A DNA stretch of 64,000 bases from Eledone cirrhosa (taxonomy: Eukaryota), in NCBI GenBank assembly GCA_964016885.1, contig OZ024742.1:13702001-13766000 (forward strand), read 5' to 3'. A program made the position numbers and the translations under genes. The notes beneath the pieces are model-generated. The model saw only the letters and a list, made by a program, of their open reading frames with translations. It did not search any database and was not told the origin of the DNA. Shown here in pieces: positions 30,001 through 42,787 of the stretch. Every line of letters starts with the position of its first letter. Positions within the stretch are counted from its first letter, which is position 1.

Positions 30001-31113
30001 GTCAGTCTGTCACCTGTTTGACCCAGCCTCATATCTTGACTTGGTCATTCCATGACAGTATCTTGGTCAGTCTATCACCTGTTTGACCCAGCCTCATATC
30101 TTGACTTGGTCATTCCATGAGAGTATCTTGGTCAGTCTATGAAGGGTTCACCTGTTTGACTTGGTCATTCCATGAGAGTATCTTGCTCAGTTTATCACCT
30201 GTTCCACCCAGCCTCATATCTTGTCTTGGTCATTCCTTGAGAGTATCTTGGTCAGTCTATGAAGGGTTCACCTGTTTGACTTGGTCATTCCATGACAGTA
30301 TCTTGGTCAGTCTATCACCTGTTTGACCCAGCCTCATATCTTGACTTGGTCATTCCATGGGAGTATCTTGGTCAGTCTATCTCCTGTTTGACCCAGCCTT
30401 ATATCTTGACTTGGTCATTCCATGAGAGTATCTTGGTCAGTCTATGAAGGGTTCACCTGTTTGACTTGGTCATTCCATGAGAGTTTCTTGGTCAGTTTAT
30501 CACCTGTTCCACCCAGCCTCATATCTTGTCTTGGTCATTCCTTGAGAGTATCTTGGTCAGTCTATGAAGGGTTCACCTGTTTGACTTGGTCATTCCATGA
30601 CAGTATCTTGGTCAGTCTATCACCTGTTTGACCCAGCCTCATATCTTGACTTGGTCATTCCATGACAGTATCTTGGTCAGTCTGTCACCTGTTTGACCCA
30701 GCCTCATATCTTGACTTGGTCATTCCATGATAGTATCTTGTTCAGTCTATCACCTGTTCCACCCAGCCTCATATCTTGATTTGGTCATTCCTTGAGAGTA
30801 TCTTGGTCAGTCTATCACCTGTTTGACCCAGCCTCATATCTTGACTTGGTCATTCCATGACAGTATCTTGGTCAGTCTATCTCCTGTTTGACCCAGCCTT
30901 ATATCTTGACTTGGTCATTCCATGACAGTATCTTGGTCAGTCTATCTCCTGTTTGACCCAGCCTTATATCTTGACTTGGTTATTCCATGACAGTATCTTG
31001 GTCTGTCTATCACATGTTCCACCCAGCCTCATATCTTGACTTGGTCATTCCATGACAGTATCTTGGTCAGTCTATCACCTGTTTGACCCAGCCTCATATC
31101 TTGATTTGGTCAT
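1..31113. repeat. Satellite DNA array, 65-bp monomer (GTTTGACCCAGCCTCATATCTTGACTTGGTCATTCCATGACAGTATCTTGGTCAGTCTATCACCT), about 480 copies, continuing beyond the window start
   Basis: 65-bp periodicity is directly visible; monomers differ by a few recurring substitutions (e.g. GTTTG/GTTCC); twelve 55-bp variant monomers lie at 20.6-22.0 kb and 29.2-30.6 kb. Confidence 0.98.
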
Positions 31114-31320
31114 ATCTAAGATATGATATAATTATCTTTCTCTTTATCTCATTCTCCCCCCCCCCCCCCTCTCTCTCTGTATATATATATATATATATAT
31201 ATACAAACAAGCCTCATTTTAAAAAAAAATTGTTTACATCATGTAGAGCAAACATTTTTTTTTATTACTTGAATTAGGCAAAGCCGGCCATTTATCGCTC
31301 GTATACAGGAAACAGACTGG

Positions 31321-31419
31321 CCAGTCTGCTGATATGCAAATCTGGCTGATCAGAGGATCTGCTAATATGCAGATCTGGCTGATCAGCCAGTCTGCTAATA
31401 TGCAAATCAGGCCGATCAG
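31321..31419. repeat. Three tandem 33-bp units inside the inverted-repeat element
   Basis: CCAGTCTGCTGATATGCAAATCTGGCTGATCAG / AGGATCTGCTAATATGCAGATCTGGCTGATCAG / CCAGTCTGCTAATATGCAAATCAGGCCGATCAG. Confidence 0.9.
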
Positions 31420-31484
31420 TCACTGTATATTTTAGAATATAGCATATATTTTCTCTAGCTCTGACAGTTTGGCAGGTAAACAGT

Positions 31485-31534
31485 GAGCTGTACTGATGAA
31501 GGGTGATACCCAGAAACATTAGTGTCTGCAGTTC
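31485..31534 (+). ncRNA. Type I hammerhead ribozyme, predicted cleavage after GUC (C31526)
   Basis: Stem I GAGCTGTA/TGCAGTTC (8 bp, 2 GU); core CTGATGA 31493-31499; stem II GGGT-gat-ACCC after an A.A mismatch; GAAA 31513-31516; stem III ACA-ttag-TGT; GTC triplet. Confidence 0.8.
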
Positions 31535-31700
31535 TGTTCGCATGCCAACACAAGAGCAAGAATGAAGGGTTCATTCTACTGACATGGCTATACAAATGAG
31601 GCTTGTTTGTATAATTACAAACGAATCGAATATTATTATTAATATTCGAAAAACTCAGATTACATTTATTGTATTCAGCCATGTAGAGCGAAAGTTTCTC

Positions 31701-31739
<39 letters not shown>

Positions 31740-31741
31740 GT

Positions 31742-31922
31742 TCCTTCTATTGGCACAAGGCCAGCAGTTATTCAGTGCATTACTGGTACTATATTTTATC
31801 GACCCCGTAAGAATGAAAGGCAAAGTTAACCTCGGCGGGATTTGAATTCAGATTGGCAAGGGCCGTAACTATGCTGCAAAGCGTGGTGTCTGACGCTCTA
31901 CGATACTGCCAAACCCCTGCCC
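31742..31922 (-). mobile_element. tRNA-derived SINE (Octopus OR-type/CORE-like)
   Basis: ATCGACCCCGTAAGAATGAAAGGCAAAGTTAACCTCGGCGGGATTTGAATTCAG; the reverse complement gives a B-box-like GAATTCAAATCC; a homologous partial copy lies at 40986-41079. Confidence 0.75.
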
Positions 31923-32980
31923 TTATATATATAATACATACAGTATCCTCCTGTCAATGTTTTATCTATCACCCTAGGTCGCCTGCCGCTTCATTCCATT
32001 CTTTATCTCCCTACCCCCTTTATTAGTTTTCTAATTCCTCAGTAGGTACATTCCTATTGTACTTCATTTTTATATAACTGTTTGTTGTAATATTTAATAG
32101 TTGAAACTACATCACAAACTGGATTCCAAACGACAATAACTCCTCGGTTTTCCACAAAGAAGAAGAATATATTGGTTAATTTGAATTATGAGCATAGTGG
32201 GACGGAATTTAATATGTTTATTTCGCTCTTCCCATAAATTCTGCCCTTCCTGTTTTAATTCGTAATGAAGCGAAAGCCATCAGCAATGGCCTGCATTAAC
32301 AAATAGAAATACAAAATTTCACACAATATTGTGAATTGTGTGGTGTGTAGAAGTGTTGACAAGCTTTTCAGACATAACCACTTTAATTAGTGTGTCATTC
32401 TGCTACTGTTCAATGACTATTAAATCAATTCACGCCCAGCTTTGCTCAATGCATTTCATTTGCCGCGAGCTTCACATCTAAATTATGTTTATATCATATT
32501 GAACTTCGTTATTTAAAGCCGGAAATGTCGAAATCCTGACAGGATTAAAGGAAGTTATATTTAATACGAAATAATAGCTAAGCGGAAGATTCTATCAAAT
32601 TGTTGAAATCAATTTGATAAACAGGTTTCAATGTTATAAGACAAGACTTTGCTAATGGTTAATAAACGTTGAATGATGTCGTATTCTGAAATACCAATAT
32701 ATGGTTGGAACTGGTCATAAACGTTTATTCTTTGTTAAAATTCTAATTTAACGTGAAATCATTTTATCAGCAGTCATCATAAAGTAACTTGAATTCTTGT
32801 TAGAGTTTTCACTAGCTTCTACGTGTATCTTTATATTTGTAGGCACATAATTTAAAATACTTCTACTTAGATGTGTTACTGTTCAATTGACGAAATACTA
32901 AATCACAAAAGATAATTTCCATAACAAATCTTTTGATTTCACTGACAGCATCTCTCTCTCTCTCTCTCTCTGACAGCATA

Positions 32981-33021
<41 letters not shown>

Positions 33022-33048
33022 GTCTTTGTCCCTCTCTCTCTCCCCTTA

Positions 33049-33091
<43 letters not shown>

Positions 33092-33102
33092 TATATATAT
33101 AT

Positions 33103-33180
33103 AATTGCCTTGTCTGACGAACGAATGCGGACGTTTCTTGTATTCGTCTTATTCGGGAAACCTCTGGTAATGAGGTAATT
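33103..33180 (+). ncRNA. Type I hammerhead ribozyme with long stem II, predicted cleavage after GUA (A33169)
   Basis: Stem I AATTGCCTTGT/ATGAGGTAATT (11 bp, 3 GU); CTGACGA 33114-33120; stem II CGAAT/ATTCG after an A.G mismatch; GAAA 33157-33160; stem III ACC-tct-GGT; GTA triplet. Confidence 0.7.
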
Positions 33181-33817
33181 ATATTGTATTGTTTATTATA
33201 CATTATCCGGGAACCTTATAGGCACCCGTTTTACGTGTGTTGTGTTGAGGCAAATAACTATGTGTATACTCTTGTAATGTATTTTACATTGCCTCTTTAG
33301 TGCCCTGAGATACAACCGGTACTGGCATTGATATATATGCTGGGTCCGTCAACCCTTAATATTATTATTATTATTATTTATATATATATATATATATTAT
33401 TGATTTTCTTGCTAAATAACAATTACACCCGTTTACATCATCCACATCTCACTACATCATTTCAATCTCATTTTCAATTTAAATTATAACTTTTCATAGA
33501 TAGGATATCTCCCTCTAAAATATCTCCCTTCGACCCAATAGTCATTCATTCCTTCATTGGTTCGTCCATTCATTCAATTTCACTGTTAATGATTAATCCC
33601 CCCTTTACCACATTTATTGCGGTTTCATTGCTTAATTTACAGCCAAACTTCGCTTCATCAGTTCAACCAATGTGCTGGCTGTCTTCTCATGATATCCTTA
33701 ATTTCCTTACCTTGTTCATATTACTACAGATATGTTAACCGACTGAACTAGCATCACTACTGTCAACTCCTAACAATGCCGCACATAGTATCGCTTCACT
33801 ACACACACACAGACACA

Positions 33818-33884
<67 letters not shown>

Positions 33885-33947
33885 ATAATACTTCTGCAAG
33901 ACTAAGACACAGTTTCATTACAATACACACACCTATGTGTATATATA

Positions 33948-34043
33948 CAGTGGCACAAAAAATGTATACACGCTTCAACAGCGTTCTAATAAATATTCCC
34001 TGTACAGGTAATCAAAGTATGTATACATGTTTGGAGCACCCTG
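33948..34043. mobile_element. 96-bp Tc1/mariner-type MITE
   Basis: TA|CAGTGGCACAAAAAATGTATACA ... TGTATACATGTTTGGAGCACCCTG|TA: imperfect ~24-bp TIRs starting with CAG, and a TA target duplication. Confidence 0.6.
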
Positions 34044-34759
34044 TATATATGCCTATATATTTGCCTGTGTCTGTGTGTGTAGTGGGCGGAAACAAAATAC
34101 AAAGAAAATAAAGATATAATATAAATTAAAGCTGAAATTAACGTTTATGAAAAGAAGAGTTACGGTGTTACTGTTGATGTCTCGGACGTCGTCATTGCTT
34201 CGGAACATGGCAGTGAATGTAAGAAAGACTGGGTGGGGTCAAGTTGTGACAGAACGGCCATATGGACAGATTGGTCATTTAGCTTATATATTGCTTGTCC
34301 AAATTCGTTCCTACTGACCACCAATACTAAATGAATACTAAACTAATACCACCACATTTTATCCATTGAGCGAAAACAAACATTCTCGCCCATATCATCA
34401 CCTATTACTCTTCCATACCATTACATCTGCTTCTTGTCCCTTACATTACATCTGTTTCTTGTCTATACCATTACATCTGTTTCACTTCTAATCTATCACT
34501 CTCTAGACAAATTCACTACTACTTATGTTCGATTCTACCTCTTCTATATTTACATCATACTGAATTATCCTCATACAACATCGCAATTCTAATTAAAATA
34601 CCTCTCCCCCACTAACCCATCAAATATACACAGATACACACCCCAATATATAAAGGTGTGGCTGGCGAAGGACATTAACACTGAAAAGATACAGACACCA
34701 AGCTAAATTCTTCGAGAGAAGGAGAGAGAAGGAGAGTGGAAAGAGGGGGGGGGGAAATA

Positions 34760-34858
34760 ACCACCAGTACTAGACTGGTACTATATTTATGAAAGTCGGA
34801 ATGACAAAATGGAAGTATGAGTCTGGTGGGATGTGAGCTTAGAGCGCTGTCAGCTGGA
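34760..34858 (-). mobile_element. Degenerate SINE fragment of the 31742-31922 family
   Basis: CCAGTACTAGACTGGTACTATATTT...GGTGGGATGTGAGCTTAGAGCG aligns loosely with CAGTGCATTACTGGTACTATATTTT...GGCGGGATTTGAATTCAGA. Confidence 0.4.
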
Positions 34859-34861
34859 ATA

Positions 34862-36921
<2,060 letters not shown>

Positions 36922-37121
36922 NNNNNNNNNNNNNNNNNNNNNNNNNNNNNNNNNNNNNNNNNNNNNNNNNNNNNNNNNNNNNNNNNNNNNNNNNNNNNNN
37001 NNNNNNNNNNNNNNNNNNNNNNNNNNNNNNNNNNNNNNNNNNNNNNNNNNNNNNNNNNNNNNNNNNNNNNNNNNNNNNNNNNNNNNNNNNNNNNNNNNNN
37101 NNNNNNNNNNNNNNNNNNNNN
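36922..37121. other. Assembly gap (200 N)
   Basis: Run of exactly 200 N, typical of a fixed-size scaffolding or curation gap; true distance and adjacency are unknown. Confidence 0.97.
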
Positions 37122-40020
37122 CTGGATGTGTGTAAAGAGTGTAGATGTGTGTGTGGCTGGATGTGTGTAAAGAGTGTAGATGTGTGTGTGGCTGGATGTG
37201 TGTAAAGAGTGTAGATGTGTGTGTGTGGCTGGATGTGTGTAAAGAGTGTAGATGTGTGTGTGGCTGGATGTGTGTATAGAGTGTAGATGTGTGTGTGGCT
37301 GGATGTGTGGAAAGAGTGTAGATGTGTGTGTGGCTGGATGTGTGTAAAGAGTGTAGATGTGTGTGTGGCAGGATGTGTGTATAGAGTGTAGATGTGTGTG
37401 TGGCAGGATGTGTGGAAAGAGTGTAGATGTGTGTGTGGCAGGATGTGTGGAAAGAGTGTAGATGTGTGTGTGGCTGGATGTGTGTAAAGAGTGTAGATGT
37501 GTGTGTGGCAGGATGTGTGGAAAGAGTGTAGATGTGTGTAAAGAGTGTAGATGTGTGTGTGGCAGGATGTGTGTATAGAGTGTAGATGTGTGTATGGCTG
37601 GATGTGTGGAAAGAGTGTAGATGTGTGTGTGGCTGGATGTGTGGAAAGAGTGTAGATGTGTGTGTGGCAGGATGTGTGTATAGAGTGTAGATGTGTGTGT
37701 GGCAGGATGTGTGGAAAGAGTGTAGATGTGTGTGTGGCAGGATGTGTGGAAAGAGTGTAGATGTGTGTGTGGCTGGATGTGTGTAAAGAGTGTAGATGTG
37801 TGTGTGGCAGGATGTGTGGAAAGAGTGTAGATGTGTGTAAAGAGTGTAGATGTGTGTGTGGCAGGATGTGTGTATAGAGTGTAGATGTGTGTGTGGCTGG
37901 ATGTGTGGAAAGAGTGTAGATGTGTGTGTGGCTGGATGTGTGGAAAGAGTGTAGATGTGTGTAAAGAGTGTAGATGTGTGTGTGGCAGGATGTGTGTATA
38001 GAGTGTAGATGTGTGTGTGGCTGGATGTGTGGAAAGAGTGTAGATGTGTGTGTGTGGCTGGATGTGTGTAAAGAGTGTAGATGTGTGTGTGGCAGGATGT
38101 GTGTATAGAGTGTAGATGTGTGTGTGGCTGGATGTGTGTATAGAGTGTAGATGTGTGTGTGTGGCTGGATGTGTGTAAAGAGTGTAGATGTATGTGTGTG
38201 GCTGGATGTGTGTAAAGAGTGTAGATGTGTGTGTGGCTGGATGTGTGTAAAGAGTGTAGATGTGTGTGTGGCAGGATGTGTGTATAGAGTGTAGATGTGT
38301 GTGTGGCAGGATGTGTGGAAAGAGTGTAGATGTGTGTGTGGCAGGATGTGTGGAAAGAGTGTAGATGTGTGTGTGGCTGGATGTGTGTAAAGAGTGTAGA
38401 TGTGTGTGTGGCAGGATGTGTGGAAAGAGTGTAGATGTGTGTAAAGAGTGTAGATGTGTGTGTGGCAGGATGTGTGTATAGAGTGTAGATGTGTGTGTGG
38501 CTGGATGTGTGGAAAGAGTGTAGATGTGTGTGTGGCTGGATGTGTGTAAAGAGTGTAGATGTGTGTGTGGCAGGATGTGTGGAAAGAGTGTAGATGTGTG
38601 TAAAGAGTGTAGATGTGTGTGTGGCAGGATGTGTGTATAGAGTGTAGATGTGTGTGTGGCTGGATGTGTGGAAAGAGTGTAGATGTGTGTGTGTGGCTGG
38701 ATGTGTGTAAAGAGTGTAGATGTGTGTGTGGCAGGATGTGTGTATAGAGTGTAGATGTGTGTGTGGCTGGATGTGTGTATAGAGTGTAGATGTGTGTGTG
38801 TGGCTGGATGTGTGTAAAGAGTGTAGATGTATGTGTGTGGCTGGATGTGTGTAAAGAGTGTAGATGTGTGTGTGGCTGGATGTGTGTAAAGAGTGTAGAT
38901 GTGTGTGTGGCAGGATGTGTGGAAAGAGTGTAGATGTGTGTAAAGAGTGTAGATGTGTGTGTGGCAGGATGTGTGTATAGAGTGTAGATGTGTGTGTGGC
39001 TGGATGTGTGGAAAGAGTGTAGATGTGTGTGTGGCTGGATGTGTGGAAAGAGTGTAGATGTGTGTGTGGCTGGATGTGTGTAAAGAGTGTAGATGTGTGT
39101 GTGGCAGGATGTGTGGAAAGAGTGTAGATGTGTGTAAAGAGTGTAGATGTGTGTGTGGCAGGATGTGTGTATAGAGTGTAGATGTGTGTGTGGCTGGATG
39201 TGTGGAAAGAGTGTAGATGTGTGTGTGGCTGGATGTGTGGAAAGAGTGTAGATGTGTGTGTGGCTGGATGTGTGTAAAGAGTGTAGATGTGTGTGTGGCT
39301 GGATGTGTGGAAAGAGTGTAGATGTGTGTGTGGCTGGATGTGTGTAAAGAGTGTAGATGTGTGTGTGGCTGGATGTGTGGAAAGAGTGTAGATGTGTGTG
39401 TGGCTGGATGTGTGGAAAGAGTGTAGATGTGTGTAAAGAGTGTAGATGTGTGTGTGGCAGGATGTGTGTATAGAGTGTAGATGTGTGTGTGGCTGGATGT
39501 GTGGAAAGAGTGTAGATGTGTGTGTGGCTGGATGTGTGGAAAGAGTGTAGATGTGTGTGTGGCTGGATGTGTGGAAAGAGTGTAGATGTGTGTGTGGCTG
39601 GATGTGTGTATAGAGTGTAGATGTGTGTGTGGCTGGATGTGTGTATAGAGTGTAGATGTGTGTGTGTGGCTGGATGTGTGTAAAGAGTGTAGATGTGTGT
39701 GTGGCTGGATGTGTGTAAAGAGTGTAGATGTGTGTGTGGCTGGATGTGTGGAAAGAGTGTAGATGTGTGTGTGGCTGGATGTGTGTAAAGAGTGTAGATG
39801 TGTGTGTGGCAGGATGTGTGGAAAGAGTGTAGATGTGTGTGTGGCAGGATGTGTGGAAAGAGTGTAGATGTGTGTGTGTGGCTGGATGTGTGTAAAGAGT
39901 GTAGATGTGTGTGTGGCTGGATGTGTGTATAGAGTGTAGATGTGTGTGTGGCTGGATGTGTGTAAAGAGTGTAGATGTGTGTGTGGCAGGATGTGTGGAA
40001 AGAGTGTAGATGTGTGTGTC
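37122..40020. repeat. Minisatellite, ~35-bp unit GGCTGGATGTGTGTAAAGAGTGTAGATGTGTGTGT, with 19-bp and 37-bp variants
   Basis: Visible periodicity; strongly G/T-biased on the + strand. Confidence 0.95.
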
Positions 40021-40420
40021 GCTGGATGTGTATGTGTGTCTGGATGTGTGTGTCCCTGACTGTGTGTGTGTGTGTCTGGATGTGTGTGTATATGTGTGTC
40101 TCTGGCTGTATGTACATGTGTGTCTCTGTCTGTGTGTCTCTCTGGCTGTGTGTATGTGTGTCTCTCTGGCTATGTATGTGTGTGTCTGACTGTGTGTATA
40201 TGTGTGTGTCTGTGTGTGTCTCTCTGGCTGTGTGTATGTGTGTCGCTGGCTGTGTATGTGTGTGTCTGACTGTGTGTATATGTGTGTGTCTGTGTGTGTC
40301 TCTCTGGCTGTGTGTATGTTTGTCTGGTTGTGTGTATGTGTGTGTCTGGCTGTGTGTACATGTGTGTGTATGTGTGTGTGTGTGTATGTCTGTCTCTCTT
40401 TGTGTGTATGTATATGACTG

Positions 40421-40472
<52 letters not shown>
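40021..40472. repeat. Degenerate (GT)n low-complexity tract ending in pure (TA)n(GT)n
   Basis: Directly visible. Confidence 0.9.
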
Positions 40473-40475
<3 letters not shown>

Positions 40476-40509
40476 ACTGTAGTGGTTGGTGAGATGTTTC
40501 TGTATACCC

Positions 40510-40825
40510 GAATACTGAATGGTTAGAATCTCCGGCTCAAGATCGTGAGATCGTGAGTTCGATTCTCCGGGCTGTGTGTTGTGTCCTTGAGCAAGACACT
40601 TTATTTCATTTTGCTCCAGTCTACTCAACAGGTAAAAATGAGTTGTACCTGTAATTCAAGGAGTCACACATTGCCACACATTGTGTCACTCTGAATCTCC
40701 CTGAGAATTACATTAAGGCTGTACGTGTCTGTGGAATGCTCAGACATTTACACGTTAATTTCACGAACTAGAAATTCCGTTGATTTAATCAACTGGAGTA
40801 GTCGTCGTCGTAAAATGACGGAGGA
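40510..40825 (+). mobile_element. tRNA-derived CORE-type SINE
   Basis: A-box-like TGGTTAGA, B box GTTCGATTC (40557-40565), then CORE-like GTGTCCTTGAGCAAGACACTT; a homologous inverted copy lies at 41766-42007. Confidence 0.8.
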
Positions 40826-40985
40826 CCGTTAACATGTTTAACGAGTGTATTTATATCTACATGAAAGTTTTCTATTATTGTCTTTTTAAATATACACACA
40901 CAATATAAGAACGAAGAAAATTAAATTCATATAAAAAAATAACTATAAAAGATATGTATGTACTTAAATACATACATATAATTAT

Positions 40986-41079
40986 TTCTACTTTTGGCAC
41001 AAGGCCATCAATTACCCAGTGCATTACTGGTACTTTATCTTATCGACCCCGTAAGGATGAAAGACAAAGTTAACTTCGA
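40986..41079 (-). mobile_element. Truncated SINE, same family as 31742-31922
   Basis: TTGGCACAAGGCCA...CAGTGCATTACTGGTACT...ATCGACCCCGTAAGGATGAAAGACAAAGTTAAC is near-identical to the 31.75-31.83 kb segment. Confidence 0.75.
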
Positions 41080-41219
41080 TATAATGTAGTTAATACGAAA
41101 CGTTGAGAGATATATAGTAAAAGACAGATAAAACACGGACGCGCATTGCAAACGCATAGACCAGTTAAGCAAGAAAACTCCGATCACACGTTACGTTTTC
41201 TTTTGTCTTGGACTATTTC

Positions 41220-41270
41220 AGCTTCACGTCTGAAAAGAGGATTATATCCCTGAAATATCGGGGGCTAAAA
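41220..41270 (+). ncRNA. Degenerate hammerhead-like motif, probably inactive
   Basis: CTGAAAA (G8 mutated) - GGA-ttata-TCC - GAAA-TA-TC (minimal palindromic stem III); partial stem I AGCTTC/GGGGCT. Confidence 0.35.
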
Positions 41271-41765
41271 TGCTCTGGGTAAGACATTACTTTGTTTTGT
41301 TTTTGTTTCATTTTACCTCATTTGACCTGCGTATTTTTCTACCACACTCTATTGGCTTTTTAAAAAATTATCGGTCTTTTGACTTTAGTAAGGAACTTAA
41401 TTATGATGACCGGAACCTGCCAAGCAAGGCGAACATTACAAAAATATTTTTGGGGTGCATATATATATACAGTTATAAGTATCCTGGTACATCTATCTAT
41501 ATACTACTAAAACTATGTGATTGTGTGCTTATCTGTAATTTAATACAGCCAAAACGTCGCATGATGGGAAAATACTTTGAAAGGAATTTTTCCGGGTACC
41601 TTCATAAATAGAGAGAGAAAGAAAGACAGAGAGAAAGAGATAGTGGTTGTGAGCGAATATTTCTTGCTAAATAGGAAAGGTTTCTAAGTGCGTGTGTATG
41701 TATGTATATATATATGTGTGTGTAACCGGTGTGTATAGGTCACAGACACCCACATAACAGCCCAC

Positions 41766-42007
41766 TCGTGAAACTAACGTGCAAGTGACTGAGCATTCCA
41801 CAGACACGCGTACCCTTTATGTAGTTCTCAGGGAGATTCAGTGTGACACAGTGTGTAACAAGGCTGGTCCTTCGAATTACATGTACTTAATTTTGCCAGC
41901 TGAGTGTACTGGAGCAACGTGAAATAAAGTGTCTTGCTCAAGGATACAACGCACCACTGGGAATTGAACTCACGACCTTACGATTGTGAGTCGAATATCC
42001 TAACCAC
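41766..42007 (-). mobile_element. tRNA-derived CORE-type SINE, inverted relative to 40510-40825
   Basis: AAAGTGTCTTGCTCAAGGATACAAC, GAATTGAAC (B box, reverse complement), CTCAGGGAGATTCAG and GAGCATTCCACAGACACG are reverse complements of the + copy. Confidence 0.8.
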
Positions 42008-42232
42008 ACACTTTCACACACATAAATGCATATATAAACACACATACATAATATATATATAAATATGCACAAACACAAACACACTCACACACATATACAC
42101 ACACACACACACACATATATATACACACGCACATGCATATACAATTACACAGGCACACATACACACATAAAAATACACATATATATATATACCCACATGT
42201 ATAAATAAACACACACACACACATAAAAATAC

Positions 42233-42263
<31 letters not shown>

Positions 42264-42405
42264 TATATACATACAAACAAATATATACACATACAAAACA
42301 AAAAATTTATAAATACACACACATACAAACACACACACATGTATACACACACACACATAAACAGACACTCTCATATACATATAAACACACACTCATATAC
42401 ACAGC
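42008..42405. repeat. CA/TA low-complexity tract
   Basis: Directly visible. Confidence 0.85.
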
Positions 42406-42461
42406 CACTTTACTGTGAAACCCAATAATAAAACATTTTTCTTCCCACCTCCAAATATTTT

Positions 42462-42578
42462 GTCACTCTCTCTCAAAATATTACCCCTCTCTCTATATCC
42501 CTCTACATATCTCACTTTCTCTCACACTCACAATTCCCTCTCTCATTAAACCACAAACAATTCTCCCCCTCTCTATAT
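42462..42578. repeat. CT-rich ~60-70 bp minisatellite, left part (split by the LINE)
   Basis: CTCACAATTCCCTCTCTCATTAAACCAC...CTCCCCCTCTCTATAT recurs at 46488-46769. Confidence 0.75.
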
Positions 42579-42787
42579 CAATTACCACTTGATATAGATG
42601 TCAATTACTTTGCTCCGGATTTTTACGGATTATTGTCAAAAAAACTGTGAGTTCATTGATCAATTTAATAGCATTGTTTAGTTAACCCCTTGCCTGGGCC
42701 GTCAGACGTTGAGTCAACTAATTTTCGCCCCTTTCTGGGGCGAAATTTTCATTTTCATCTCAAAACTGTGTAGACTTGGTATCAGCA

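Larger units (their letters stand above)
31204..31609. mobile_element. Non-autonomous element with 16-bp terminal inverted repeats, flanked by TA, containing a hammerhead ribozyme
   Basis: CAAACAAGCCTCATTT (31204-31219) and AAATGAGGCTTGTTTG (31594-31609) are exact reverse complements, with TA on both outer sides; no credible ORF. Confidence 0.65.

Noticed and set aside
1-31113. CRISPR array or coding repeat (ORFs at 14077 and 20577-30631)
   Set aside because: Contiguous tandem monomers with no unique spacers; the 65-bp unit is not a multiple of 3 and the ORFs arise from chance loss of stops in variant monomers
33608-33675. Minus-strand CTGATGA...GAAACC motif
   Set aside because: Stem II does not pair and there is no properly placed NUH or stem III
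40510-40580. tRNA gene
   Set aside because: A/B boxes are present but no full cloverleaf; it continues into a SINE body that has a second copy in the window
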